From: Candidatus Poseidonia alphae
Lineage (GTDB): Archaea > Thermoplasmatota > Poseidoniia > Poseidoniales > Poseidoniaceae
DNA: 64,000 nt
Direction of reading: 5' to 3'
NCBI GenBank assembly: GCA_002505405.1
Contig: DAVD01000012.1
Span: 39,809 to 103,808, forward strand
Below the pieces are notes generated by a model. It had not been told where the DNA came from, searched no databases, and worked only from the letters and a program-made list of their open reading frames with translations. The translations under genes and the position numbers were made by a program. Below are positions 28,823-38,169 of this stretch, piece by piece (the stretch's first letter is position 1; every line of letters begins with the position of its first letter).

Positions 28823-29191
28823 TCAAAGTGTTGACAACTCACCGGTGATCAAGTCCAATGATCTTCGCGGCGCTGGCCCAATTCCAAGGACTGTTACGGT
28901 TCCAGCAGGAACTTCAGTATGCCCTGCATCTTGGACCAAGTAATAGGATAAATTCGCTTGCTGTGCTTCATTCGCTAGGCGATGTAAGGAAGGCAAGTCA
29001 TCAGCAACCAAGCAAATTTTTCGCGCCCCTGCCCTTCGCCAGCGCTCCATGAGGCGGGCATGTTGACGGCGTGCTTGAAAGGCACACTGAACTGCTGCAT
29101 GGGCACATTGAACTGCTGTTTTACCAGCGGAGAGCGAAAGGTCACCCCGAACGATTAACGCCATGGAGGGAGCATCATCCTTCGACGACAT
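28823..29191 (-). CDS. pth2: Peptidyl-tRNA hydrolase Pth2, paralog 2
   Basis: RGDLSLSAGKTAVQCAHA, DAGHTEV, TVLGIGP. Confidence 0.9.
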   Translation of the reverse strand: MSSKDDAPSMALIVRGDLSLSAGKTAVQCAHAAVQCAFQARRQHARLMERWRRAGARKICLVADDLPSLHRLANEAQQANLSYYLVQDAGHTEVPAGTVTVLGIGPAPRRSLDLITGELSTL

Positions 29192-29834
29192 AGTCCTCAG
29201 CCACCGATTGTTCCAATTCTTCTAGCGAGGCAACGGTTTCCAATGCCCGGAAAACGAAATGTCCGAACCAAACTGCAAAGGTAAGGTTACCCAAAGCGTG
29301 TAAGACATCAAATGGAAGTCCGTGTGCTAGATAAACAGCAAAATCCGAGAGCGTCGTTCCTGTCGTGACGATGGAAAGTGATGCGATGAAATCAAACACA
29401 AAGGCTGAACAAATCGCTGCAACATAGAGGTGTCCTGAACGGAATTTATCAGCGGTTCCGAGGTTCAATTGAGAACCAATAACCGCCACAGCGCCCCACC
29501 CAATGGCTTGGAACAGCGTCCACCAACCATCTCCGATCAAGAGGTTTGATAGCAACGTGACGAGAACTGCAAAGGCAACGCCGCGGCGTGCCCCTAATTG
29601 TGCGCCCACCAGCAGAGCGGCTACTGTTACGGGCTGCACATTCGGAAGCGGTTGTAGAAGGACCCGTAGGGCTGTCACGGCGGCAACAAAGGTGGCGAGA
29701 AGGTAGACATCGTGTCGAGACGTCCGTGGTGCAGTCACAAGAAGTGAAAAAGCGAGAGCCACCAAAAGCACATCAATAACCGTATCCGCAAACGGGGTCA
29801 ATTCGGGCCCGTGAACACCAAAGGCTTGGAACAT
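29175..29834 (-). CDS. ECF transporter S component, CbrT-like (probably cobalamin)
   Basis: ALRVLLQPLPNVQPVT, LSNLLIGDGWWTLFQ, GLPFDVLHALGN; about 7 TM. Confidence 0.75.
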   Translation of the reverse strand: MFQAFGVHGPELTPFADTVIDVLLVALAFSLLVTAPRTSRHDVYLLATFVAAVTALRVLLQPLPNVQPVTVAALLVGAQLGARRGVAFAVLVTLLSNLLIGDGWWTLFQAIGWGAVAVIGSQLNLGTADKFRSGHLYVAAICSAFVFDFIASLSIVTTGTTLSDFAVYLAHGLPFDVLHALGNLTFAVWFGHFVFRALETVASLEELEQSVAEDYVVEG

Positions 29835-29865
29835 ATTCAACCCGAAAGGGCGTTCCTCCTTGAGC

Positions 29866-31539
29866 CTACCGACGAACAAGGCGCCAATGCAAGACGATGG
29901 AGTCGGAAACGGGCTGACGGTCAGAAGATTGTCCTGCTCGTTCCCCGTTGAGGAAATATTCCCATCCCGAGCCCTCTTCCCCGTTGATGGATACGACGTA
30001 TGAACCAAGTTCTGTGGATTCAACGTCCACCTCCCATGAGATTTCGTTTGCTGCTGCTAGCGTGAGGTCAAGAGCCGTTTCATAACCAACCAACCCGCCT
30101 GCAATCTGCTGTTCACCATCGATTTCAACGATCACCACTTGTGTGCCCTTCCAAGATTCGGGCCACGAATCATTCCAGGTATCTGAATAACCGTTTGAAT
30201 TGTCTTCAGTCAGCGATTCTGACCATTGCGAAGAAAGGTCTGGGGTGATGGCGATTGTCGAAACGAGGAAGACGAGCAGGACGAGCCTCCACGCCCAATC
30301 AATACGGTTGATGGAGGTGGCGTAGGCGCCGATTGAAAGAAGAGAAATGAACAGAACGGCACCTCCAACAGGGACCCAATCGTATGGCTGGGCGTTGGCT
30401 GTGATGGTAAGTTCTTGAACATACATCATGAGGACGCCGGCATCATTTCCCATCACCATTCTGTTTTCACCAAACGATGGAGCGGCTGTCCCGTAACCGT
30501 CATGAGGCGTTGAAAAATTAAACGTGGAGGTGATGTTCCCGCTCTCATTGATGGTTGTAACGGCCCAATTGCCGTCGGGTTGATTCACGGGGTACCAGAG
30601 TGCTTGGTTGCTGTCCCATGCCATTTCCCCGTTGGTTGTCGTCGGGTGCTTTGAAACCAAAGAGCAGTTGCGTTGACAATCAAAAGTTGAGAGAAATAAA
30701 CTGTCTCCAGTTACCACATATCGCCCGTTAGAAACGGGCATTGCCGGTGAAGCTCCGCCTTGATGAACGGTGACGGCTGTGGCTTGTGTCGTATTCAGCA
30801 AATGGACCGTACTCGTTGCTCCTCTCTGGACATGAACAAAAATTCCGGATGGTGTTTGGATTGGAGTATGTCGGATGGAGCCGCCTAAATCAGCAACCAA
30901 CGATGCGTTACCTTCCCGCGAAACTTTCCATATGCTCCCGGATTCATCTCCCTGCCAGAACGCGTCGCTGGTGACCAATATTCCGTTACGCCAGCCGAGT
31001 CCCAATTCCACTTCGAAATCCAGTTCGCCGTTTGAGATGCAGAGGCGCATCATACCGGTTCGAGTCGGGACGACCAAGTGGTCACCATCCAGAGTTATTG
31101 CTCCGGTGATGCCCCAGCCCTGGGTTGTAGATGTACGGTTCCAAATCGAAGTTCCATTGTCTGCTCGTAGAACTTCTACCGTGCCATCTGCCCACCCTAC
31201 AACAACAAGTTCCGGCCAAGCACCACATGCCCCTGACCCGCTAGGAAGAAGGAGAAGTGGACTCATATCGTGTTGAACAGTTGTTGCACTGGTTCGATTC
31301 CACAGCTCTTCGCCATCGGTTGAAAACGCGAAAACTTGCGGCCGCTCTTCTCCGGTCCAAAATCCAGAAGTTCGAACGTAGACGGTGTCATCGTCTATTA
31401 TCGGATGTGTGGTTATGTAACCGTCGGCAAGGTTGACTTCCCATTCCAATTCCCATGATTCTGGTGTCGTTGCCTGAACTGGAAGAAGGAGGCTTAGCGT
31501 TGCGAGGAGAAGGCAGGCCAAGACCGTTCGTTTGACCAT
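29866..31539 (-). CDS. Secreted PQQ-like beta-propeller, two TM helices and a DUF4430 (transcobalamin C-terminal-like) domain
   Basis: Signal peptide; G..LW propeller repeats; C-terminal YVVSINGEEGSGWEYFLNG...IVLHW. Confidence 0.7.
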   Translation of the reverse strand: MVKRTVLACLLLATLSLLLPVQATTPESWELEWEVNLADGYITTHPIIDDDTVYVRTSGFWTGEERPQVFAFSTDGEELWNRTSATTVQHDMSPLLLLPSGSGACGAWPELVVVGWADGTVEVLRADNGTSIWNRTSTTQGWGITGAITLDGDHLVVPTRTGMMRLCISNGELDFEVELGLGWRNGILVTSDAFWQGDESGSIWKVSREGNASLVADLGGSIRHTPIQTPSGIFVHVQRGATSTVHLLNTTQATAVTVHQGGASPAMPVSNGRYVVTGDSLFLSTFDCQRNCSLVSKHPTTTNGEMAWDSNQALWYPVNQPDGNWAVTTINESGNITSTFNFSTPHDGYGTAAPSFGENRMVMGNDAGVLMMYVQELTITANAQPYDWVPVGGAVLFISLLSIGAYATSINRIDWAWRLVLLVFLVSTIAITPDLSSQWSESLTEDNSNGYSDTWNDSWPESWKGTQVVIVEIDGEQQIAGGLVGYETALDLTLAAANEISWEVDVESTELGSYVVSINGEEGSGWEYFLNGERAGQSSDRQPVSDSIVLHWRLVRR

Positions 31540-31543
31540 ACGA

Positions 31544-33562
31544 TCACTCCGTGACCGATTGAATCGCTGCGCGCAGCAGGGCACTGACTTCTTTTCCATC
31601 GGCGCCGCCTGCGGCTTGCATGACAATGCCCATGAGCGGGCCCATAGCACCCATGCCGCGTTCTCTGACAAAGTCAAGACGTTCAGCGATGATTTTGTCA
31701 ATCACGTCCGCAAGCCCACTGACATCAGCAGGGGCGAGTTGGTTGGTTTGACAGTACGAACCTAGGGCTTCCATTGATGGGTTTTGCCCGCCATGGATTT
31801 CAATAACGCTCTCAACATGCTCCCGTGAAAGGAGGCCATCTTCCCTCAACTTGAGAACGTTGACCAGAAGAGCGGGGTGTTCTTCGTCATGAACCAATAG
31901 CAAAGAGGCCCATCCCTTTGCCGGTATGCCCTCCATATGATTCCAAAAGACATCATCCAGTTCTCGTGCTAACAGTTGAGATGCCTGATCGTTTGAAATA
32001 TCGAACCCAGAGAGTCGCTCGGCTCGTTCCTTGTCCGACATAGGGAGGTTCTCGAGAATGTTGTCCCAATGTGAGGGCGTGACGGCTTGGGGAGGAACAT
32101 CGGTTTCGGGGTACATTCGGGACCGTCCTGGAAGAGGTCGCATGGGAGCGGTTGTTCCGTCTTCAGGAGACCCTTTCTTGACGACGACATTTCGGACTTC
32201 TTGAGGAATACGATGCCAGGCAAGTCGAGCGCGATTTAACGTTGCTTCCAATGCCAGTTCTGCCTGCCAGAGCGGAGCGCAACACAACACGAATCCATCT
32301 TCTTCATTCAAGTCTAATGATGTACGAACACTGTTAATTTCTTCTTCTGTAATGCCGTAAGCTGGAAGTTCATCAGCGTGGAAAATCCCCTTGACCCCTG
32401 CGAGTTTTGCTGCTCCTGCGAGTTCGCGTCCCAATCGTGGAAGTTGAGCGCCGTTAGGATCGGCTGCTTTGACACCTAATTTCCCTTTGAGGCCTGGAAG
32501 AGGAAGGGCAACCATGCGTGAACCGCTGTTCAAACCTTCTTGAATCATCTTTGAACCGCATGCCGAGAAGGCGTCGGAAACATCGTATGAGATCCATGGG
32601 AGCGCTTCCTCAACCCGCTTGGCCACCTGTTGCTCAACGCCTGCATCGTCTTCTTCCCTGTGCGAAGGAAGACTCGGAAGGTCCATGTTCGCTCTGAGGT
32701 CATTTGCAAGGCGATAGAAGTGGAGTTGACGGGCCATTTCCAATCGAATAATTCGCGGAATCCAATCCAAATCCTGACAACCCTTGATTTCAACTCGATC
32801 ACCTGCGCCGATGGAGACGTTCAGGTCCTGACGAATGCTTCCAAGTCCACGACGAACTCTTCGTGTTTGACGAAGGACTCGCCCAAGAGCGATTGCCGTT
32901 GATTTTGCATGCTCTGGCGTTTGAACTTCGGGAGAGGTTGCAATCTCAATGAGAGGTAGCCCCAAACGGTCAAGATTGTAGAGGACTTGCTGGCCACCTG
33001 GAACATCGATCGTATCCAATTTCCGAGCACTGTCTTCTTCTAAACAAAGGACGTCGACCCCTACGGGCCCCTCCGCAGTTTGCAAAACACCGCCTGTAGC
33101 AATCAGTGAGGTACGTTGAAACCCACTGGTATTGGAACCATCAACAACGGTTTTTCGCATGGTTTGAATCAGTGAAACGGGGTTGGCTTCGATCAAAGCA
33201 GCAACGGTGAGTGAAATATCAACTGCATCAGCGTCAAGGTCCACCGGTGGTTGTTCGTCAAGTTCGATCAAGCCTGAATTGGGTGATTGCGCATAGATGA
33301 ACGAGCGGTTTCGTTTTGCCTCAAAGCGTGCAGCAATGTCAATGGCCCCACCTTCTCCCCGAGATGCCCGTAATTTTCGGGCAAAGCGTGGCCAATCGTC
33401 AGGGACGGTTTCAACGGTCACGTCGTACAGTTCGCCCGTTTGGCGTGAGTGAAGTTTTCCCGTTGCTAATTGTTGATGCACTTCCAATCCGCACATGAAG
33501 CCGATTTGGACAGGGTCCAACAGGTCGGAGCGGTCAACATCGCCTTCGGGTTCACCGGCCAT
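31544..33562 (-). CDS. gatE: Glu-tRNA(Gln) amidotransferase subunit E
   Basis: CGLEVHQQL, DGSNTSGFQRT, LEED, RGLGSIRQDLNVSI, RMYPETDVP. Confidence 0.95.
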   Translation of the reverse strand: MAGEPEGDVDRSDLLDPVQIGFMCGLEVHQQLATGKLHSRQTGELYDVTVETVPDDWPRFARKLRASRGEGGAIDIAARFEAKRNRSFIYAQSPNSGLIELDEQPPVDLDADAVDISLTVAALIEANPVSLIQTMRKTVVDGSNTSGFQRTSLIATGGVLQTAEGPVGVDVLCLEEDSARKLDTIDVPGGQQVLYNLDRLGLPLIEIATSPEVQTPEHAKSTAIALGRVLRQTRRVRRGLGSIRQDLNVSIGAGDRVEIKGCQDLDWIPRIIRLEMARQLHFYRLANDLRANMDLPSLPSHREEDDAGVEQQVAKRVEEALPWISYDVSDAFSACGSKMIQEGLNSGSRMVALPLPGLKGKLGVKAADPNGAQLPRLGRELAGAAKLAGVKGIFHADELPAYGITEEEINSVRTSLDLNEEDGFVLCCAPLWQAELALEATLNRARLAWHRIPQEVRNVVVKKGSPEDGTTAPMRPLPGRSRMYPETDVPPQAVTPSHWDNILENLPMSDKERAERLSGFDISNDQASQLLARELDDVFWNHMEGIPAKGWASLLLVHDEEHPALLVNVLKLREDGLLSREHVESVIEIHGGQNPSMEALGSYCQTNQLAPADVSGLADVIDKIIAERLDFVRERGMGAMGPLMGIVMQAAGGADGKEVSALLRAAIQSVTE

Positions 33563-33609
33563 GAACCTGCGACGGGCTCACCCTTCATGAGCACCACCCT
33601 CAATCGGAA

Positions 33610-35742
33610 TCAAACCACTTGCAGGGTCTCGTAGCCGGACGGGCGCATCATTCGGCCTTCACGGCACAGTTTGTCGATGATGTCCTCAGCCTTCCCGCGG
33701 TTGATGTCGTTACGTTCAGCCTCAGTCAATACATCAAGCAAATTAGCAGAACTTCCTGATTCATTCTGAAGGGTTGAGACAATGTCCAGAATGGTTTTCT
33801 CCTGATTTCGGACCGTCCCCTTCTTGCCAGATTGCATGGTCGTTTCATCGAAATGTTCGCCCATCAAATCGTGGCGCCAAGTCTTGGTGAGGCGAATGGC
33901 TCGCTCTGCATCCTCCAGATTCGCATCTTGTGAAAGCCGGATTCGGGCACTCGCTTCTGATAGGCGTGAAAGTGCTTCAAGAGAACGGGCGGTAATGGCG
34001 ACGCTGTCGGTGGATTCTCCTCCGGTTTTTCTGGTTTCAACATAATAGGCAACAATGGCTTCTTGTGCGTCTTCTGTGAGTTTGGGGTGGATGTTTCTCT
34101 TGGAGTAGGCCACGTACTTGCGTAGAATTTCTCTCGACAAGATGTCGTAATCTTCATTTTTCTTCTTGCTGACTTTTTGTGTCAAGGCTGTTGGTCGCGA
34201 TGGGTCGGGTAGCGAACCTTCGTTGACCAACAATTCGCTGCTACCTTGCATCCGGTTCGCGATGATGTGCCTGGCAATCTTCTGGTCATTGTCCCCGTCT
34301 GGTGTATCGGTGATGAGCCAAATGATGTCAAAACGAGAAACCAAGGGCGGTGCAAGGTCGATCTGAGCAGTGAACGGGAGGTCGCTCACCGGTTCAAATC
34401 GGCCTGCCTTCGGGTTTGCAGCGGCAAGAACCGCACATCGTGTTCTGAGGCTTGCATTGATCCCTGCTTTAGAAATTGAAATCCGTTGCTGTTCCATGGC
34501 TTCGTGCATGCTGGAACGATCGGCGCTGTTCATTTTGTCAAATTCGTCTATCGCTGCGAGGCCAAGGTCGGCCAGGACCAGCGCACCGGCTTCAAGCGTC
34601 CAGCGGCCATCTGCAGTGGCGTCTTGAACCGCAGCAGCTGTCAAACCTGCTGCTGAGGCTGATTGCCCAGAAGTGAACCTTCCACGAGGAGAAATCGACG
34701 CCATGTAGTTGAGAAGTTGTGACTTTGCAACACCGGGGTCGCCCATGAGCAGGATGTGAATATCGCCCCGGTTTCGTGTTCCGTCGGAATTCAACTGTGC
34801 AACACCACCAAACAACTGCAGCATCAGGGATCTCTTGATATGGGTCATGCCAAAAATCGACGGTGCAATGCTTCGTGTAAGTAAATCGTAAACGTCAGCC
34901 TTCCGAGCAATGCTTCGTATTTCCAATTCTTCTTCCTCAGAAATGATGATTTCTTCCAACGGAATGTTTTGCCGCTCAAGAGAGTGGATGCGGAGGAATA
35001 TATCGAAGACTGGAGTGTCTTTTCCTCCTTTTCGTTGAGAACGGATGAACAGGACTCCGTTCGCCTTGACTCGGTCGCCAGGGTTGAGTTTGCCTGCTAA
35101 ATCTTGCTCACCAATGCAGATGATGCGTTCGGGCTGGATACCGCCTTTCATTTGCTCAGGTAATTCTTGTAATTCAATAAATTGGGAGTTGATGAGGTGG
35201 GATGCTTGTTGTTGTAACTGAAATCGTGTTTGTCGTTTTGGACGACCGCAGCCACCGTCTATTTGGGAACATTCGAGCGGTTCGATCAATTCTTGCTCGT
35301 TTGGTTGATTGATTTCAATCGTATGCCCGCAGGCAATGCATTCGAACACAGCAGAATACAACCGAGGACGAACTCCTGAGATTTTGGTCGTTACAGCATC
35401 AAGGGCAACCATTTGGCCAATATCATCCGCCCGCAATTGAGATACGGTACGAATTTGGTCGCTTGGGAGGTGTTCAATTCGCACAAACGGTAGAATTGTT
35501 CCGTGTCCTGCATCCAATAAAAATTGATGAAGGGCTCGATTTGCAGCTGAAAAGTGAAGGTCTGGATTAGCAAGTAAATCTTGAGCAAACTCGTGATCAT
35601 ATCCTTCTATGACACGATAGGATATCGTCATTGATTGCTCATCTGGCCACATGTGTGCAAGATTATGTACGGCCTCAGAGAAGTTGTCCTGAATCAATGA
35701 AGTCCAACGAGCGGGCAAATCGAATTCTTGTATTGAGACCAT
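33610..35742 (-). CDS. mcm: MCM replicative helicase
   Basis: Zn finger CIAC...C....GC, GDPGVAKSQ, IDEFDKM, SRFD, ITARSLE; no intein-sized insertion. Confidence 0.95.
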   Translation of the reverse strand: MVSIQEFDLPARWTSLIQDNFSEAVHNLAHMWPDEQSMTISYRVIEGYDHEFAQDLLANPDLHFSAANRALHQFLLDAGHGTILPFVRIEHLPSDQIRTVSQLRADDIGQMVALDAVTTKISGVRPRLYSAVFECIACGHTIEINQPNEQELIEPLECSQIDGGCGRPKRQTRFQLQQQASHLINSQFIELQELPEQMKGGIQPERIICIGEQDLAGKLNPGDRVKANGVLFIRSQRKGGKDTPVFDIFLRIHSLERQNIPLEEIIISEEEELEIRSIARKADVYDLLTRSIAPSIFGMTHIKRSLMLQLFGGVAQLNSDGTRNRGDIHILLMGDPGVAKSQLLNYMASISPRGRFTSGQSASAAGLTAAAVQDATADGRWTLEAGALVLADLGLAAIDEFDKMNSADRSSMHEAMEQQRISISKAGINASLRTRCAVLAAANPKAGRFEPVSDLPFTAQIDLAPPLVSRFDIIWLITDTPDGDNDQKIARHIIANRMQGSSELLVNEGSLPDPSRPTALTQKVSKKKNEDYDILSREILRKYVAYSKRNIHPKLTEDAQEAIVAYYVETRKTGGESTDSVAITARSLEALSRLSEASARIRLSQDANLEDAERAIRLTKTWRHDLMGEHFDETTMQSGKKGTVRNQEKTILDIVSTLQNESGSSANLLDVLTEAERNDINRGKAEDIIDKLCREGRMMRPSGYETLQVV

Positions 35743-35810
35743 CTCTTTCCCGCCCGTAGATATCCTACTCGGTTGCCTAGGGTACATAATGAATTCCCAA
35801 AAGGAACACC

Positions 35811-35830
35811 ACCCCTTGGTTTCCACTGGA
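35811..35830 (-). promoter_or_regulatory. ORB (Orc1/Cdc6 origin recognition box)-like element
   Basis: Minus strand reads TCCAGTGGAAACCAAGGGGT, matching the TCCA-n-TGGAAAC core plus G-string. Confidence 0.65.
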
Positions 35831-35931
35831 GAACATGCGTTTTGCTGGCCCCTTTTTGCAACCTTGTGATGTGTCCATTGGAACCAAGCCAGAACCGCAG
35901 GACAGATGAATCACCGCTCCTTACCCTTGCC

Positions 35932-36957
35932 ATGCCTGAGCACCAATTCACTCCCGTTCGTGGCCGTATTGACCGCTGGTCGTTTGATTCCGAACTCATT
36001 GCGAATCGTTTGGGCGACCCTACTGAACGGGAAATTATGGTACACCTTACCCCCGAAGGAATTCAACAACTTGAGGCGGGGGGGGCGCTACCTGTTGTCG
36101 TTTACCTTGCACCGTTCACATCAAGTGGCCCGCAACGTGCAGGTTGGAAGGCGTTCGGAGAGACCCTGCCTCAACGGCATGAACGGTTGGTAGCTGATGG
36201 GTCCATGGACCCCGTGATTTTGGTCATGCCCGACACATTCACGTCCTTGGGAGGCAACCAATTCGTCGACTCCCCTGTTCTTGGAAACTGGTCTTCGTGG
36301 TTGGCCGATGGGCTGCGGCCCGAGATTGTAAGCAGATACTCCACTAACGAACAATTCGGACTTGTTGGAAAATCGTCTGGAGGATACGGATCGATGGTCA
36401 ACGGCATGCTTCGGCCCGATGCTTGGTCTGCTGTTGCTTCGCATTCTGGCGACGTGGGATTTGAGTTGATGTACGGGGGCTCTTGGGGGGAAACCGTCAC
36501 CCACATTGCGCCTGACGGGTCGGCTGAAGCCTATCTTGCTCGTCTGGCAAATGCGCCGTCAATGCGTTCCTCTGATTTTCATACGATGATGATGTGTGCA
36601 CTTGCCGCATCCTACGACCCGCGCCCCATCGGTGGGTTGCTTAACTTGGGCGTGAAGTTGCCCGTTGACCTTTCCACCTGCATCGTTGATGCTGAAGCTT
36701 GGGGGCGATGGATGGCTTTTGACCCGCTTTCAATGGTTGAACACCATCACGAAGCCTTGGCTGGAATGAAATTGTGCTTTGTCGATTGTGGGGGGCAAGA
36801 CCAGTACCACATCCACTACGGTACTCGGCGGTTTGTCGCTCGACTTGACGCTCTTTCAGTCCCCCATCGGTACGAAGAATTTGTTGGGACGCACAGTGGA
36901 ATTGACCATCGCCTTGACGTTTCGTTTCCTCTTCTTTCAAAAGCACTGCGAAAATGA
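35932..36957 (+). CDS. Putative esterase (enterochelin esterase-like alpha/beta hydrolase)
   Basis: VMPD, GKSSGGYG, DCGGQDQY, GTHSG. Confidence 0.8.
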   Translation: MPEHQFTPVRGRIDRWSFDSELIANRLGDPTEREIMVHLTPEGIQQLEAGGALPVVVYLAPFTSSGPQRAGWKAFGETLPQRHERLVADGSMDPVILVMPDTFTSLGGNQFVDSPVLGNWSSWLADGLRPEIVSRYSTNEQFGLVGKSSGGYGSMVNGMLRPDAWSAVASHSGDVGFELMYGGSWGETVTHIAPDGSAEAYLARLANAPSMRSSDFHTMMMCALAASYDPRPIGGLLNLGVKLPVDLSTCIVDAEAWGRWMAFDPLSMVEHHHEALAGMKLCFVDCGGQDQYHIHYGTRRFVARLDALSVPHRYEEFVGTHSGIDHRLDVSFPLLSKALRK

Positions 36958-37008
36958 AGCAAGAAAATCAAGCGGTTTCTTCTTGAGGCGCCGACTTGTG
37001 GTCGCGCT

Positions 37009-38121
37009 ATGGACGAGCCCATGGACTACGCAAGTGCTGGGGTTGATATTGACCTTGAAGGCTCTGCAGTCGCATCCCTCATCGGAGCCCTAAGCAAGAG
37101 CGTTCGCAAACCCGGGACCCCTGGCGCGCCTGTCGACCTCCCCGGCGGATTTGGTGGACTCATTGAGTTTGGAGATAATTTGTTGGCAATGGCTACCGAT
37201 GGAGTCGGGAGTAAATTGCAAATCGCAACCATGCTCGAACAATGGTCTGGAGTAGGCATTGACTGCATGGCAATGAACGTGAATGACCTGTTGTGCGTGG
37301 GAGCCGAACCGATCGCCTTCGTTGACTATGTTGCTGTTCCAAAACCAGACCCGGCCATTCATGCGGCTTTGGGTGCATCGCTTGCAGAAGCGTGCCGGCA
37401 AGCAAGAGTGACCTTAGCGGGTGGAGAAACTGCATCACTGCCGGGTATTGTCACTGAATTGGACATGTCTGGAACCGCTCTTGGATGGCTGCCGAAAGGA
37501 CAAGCCATCACTGGAGAACATCTGAAAGAGGGTGACGTGTTGATCGGCCTACCTGCGTCAGGGATTCACTCAAACGGTTACTCATTGGTTCGTCGAATCG
37601 TTGAGCATGCTGGAATTGACTATCGCTCCCCTGCCCCTTTTGACAGCAACCACCCCAACAGGACATTCATCCGTTGGACTGAGGGTGAACCAACCATGGG
37701 CGAAGTTGTTCTGAACCCCACAAGAATTTACTGCGACCCTGTCGTTGATTTACTCTCAGAAGCACGAAACGGGTCATCCTTTTCAATTTCTGATATCCAT
37801 GGTATCTGCCATGTAACTGGCGGTGGACTCTCGAATCTTCTTCGCCTTCACGACACACTTGGATGGTCCATTGATGCTCCTCTTCCCGTACTGCCAGAAT
37901 TCAAGTGGTTGCAAGAAGCCGGAGGGGTAGAAACCCGAGAGATGTACCGTACATTCAATATGGGAATGGGAATGGTCATTGCAGTTGACAAAGCCCACGC
38001 TCAAAGCATCACTGAATGGATTTCTCACCGCCTTCCTGGAACAGCAATTGTCGGTTCGGTAACCAATGACGGCCATGTTGTTACTCACGCCATCGAAGGC
38101 GTTGAATTCTCGCATTATTGA
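37009..38121 (+). CDS. purM: Phosphoribosylformylglycinamidine cyclo-ligase
   Basis: YASAGVDID, TDGVGSK, GGETA, SGIHSNGYSL, HVTGGGL, TFNMGMG. Confidence 0.95.
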   Translation: MDEPMDYASAGVDIDLEGSAVASLIGALSKSVRKPGTPGAPVDLPGGFGGLIEFGDNLLAMATDGVGSKLQIATMLEQWSGVGIDCMAMNVNDLLCVGAEPIAFVDYVAVPKPDPAIHAALGASLAEACRQARVTLAGGETASLPGIVTELDMSGTALGWLPKGQAITGEHLKEGDVLIGLPASGIHSNGYSLVRRIVEHAGIDYRSPAPFDSNHPNRTFIRWTEGEPTMGEVVLNPTRIYCDPVVDLLSEARNGSSFSISDIHGICHVTGGGLSNLLRLHDTLGWSIDAPLPVLPEFKWLQEAGGVETREMYRTFNMGMGMVIAVDKAHAQSITEWISHRLPGTAIVGSVTNDGHVVTHAIEGVEFSHY

Positions 38122-38169
38122 TTTGGCTCGCGTCGGTGCGGTCTTGAGGGAGAGGTTCTTCCCCGATTT

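Noticed and set aside
31540..31700. Cobalamin riboswitch upstream of the DUF4430 gene
   Set aside because: The region is gatE coding sequence with only a 4-nt gap; no B12 box recognised
33610..35742. Intein in MCM
   Set aside because: Normal length and contiguous motifs
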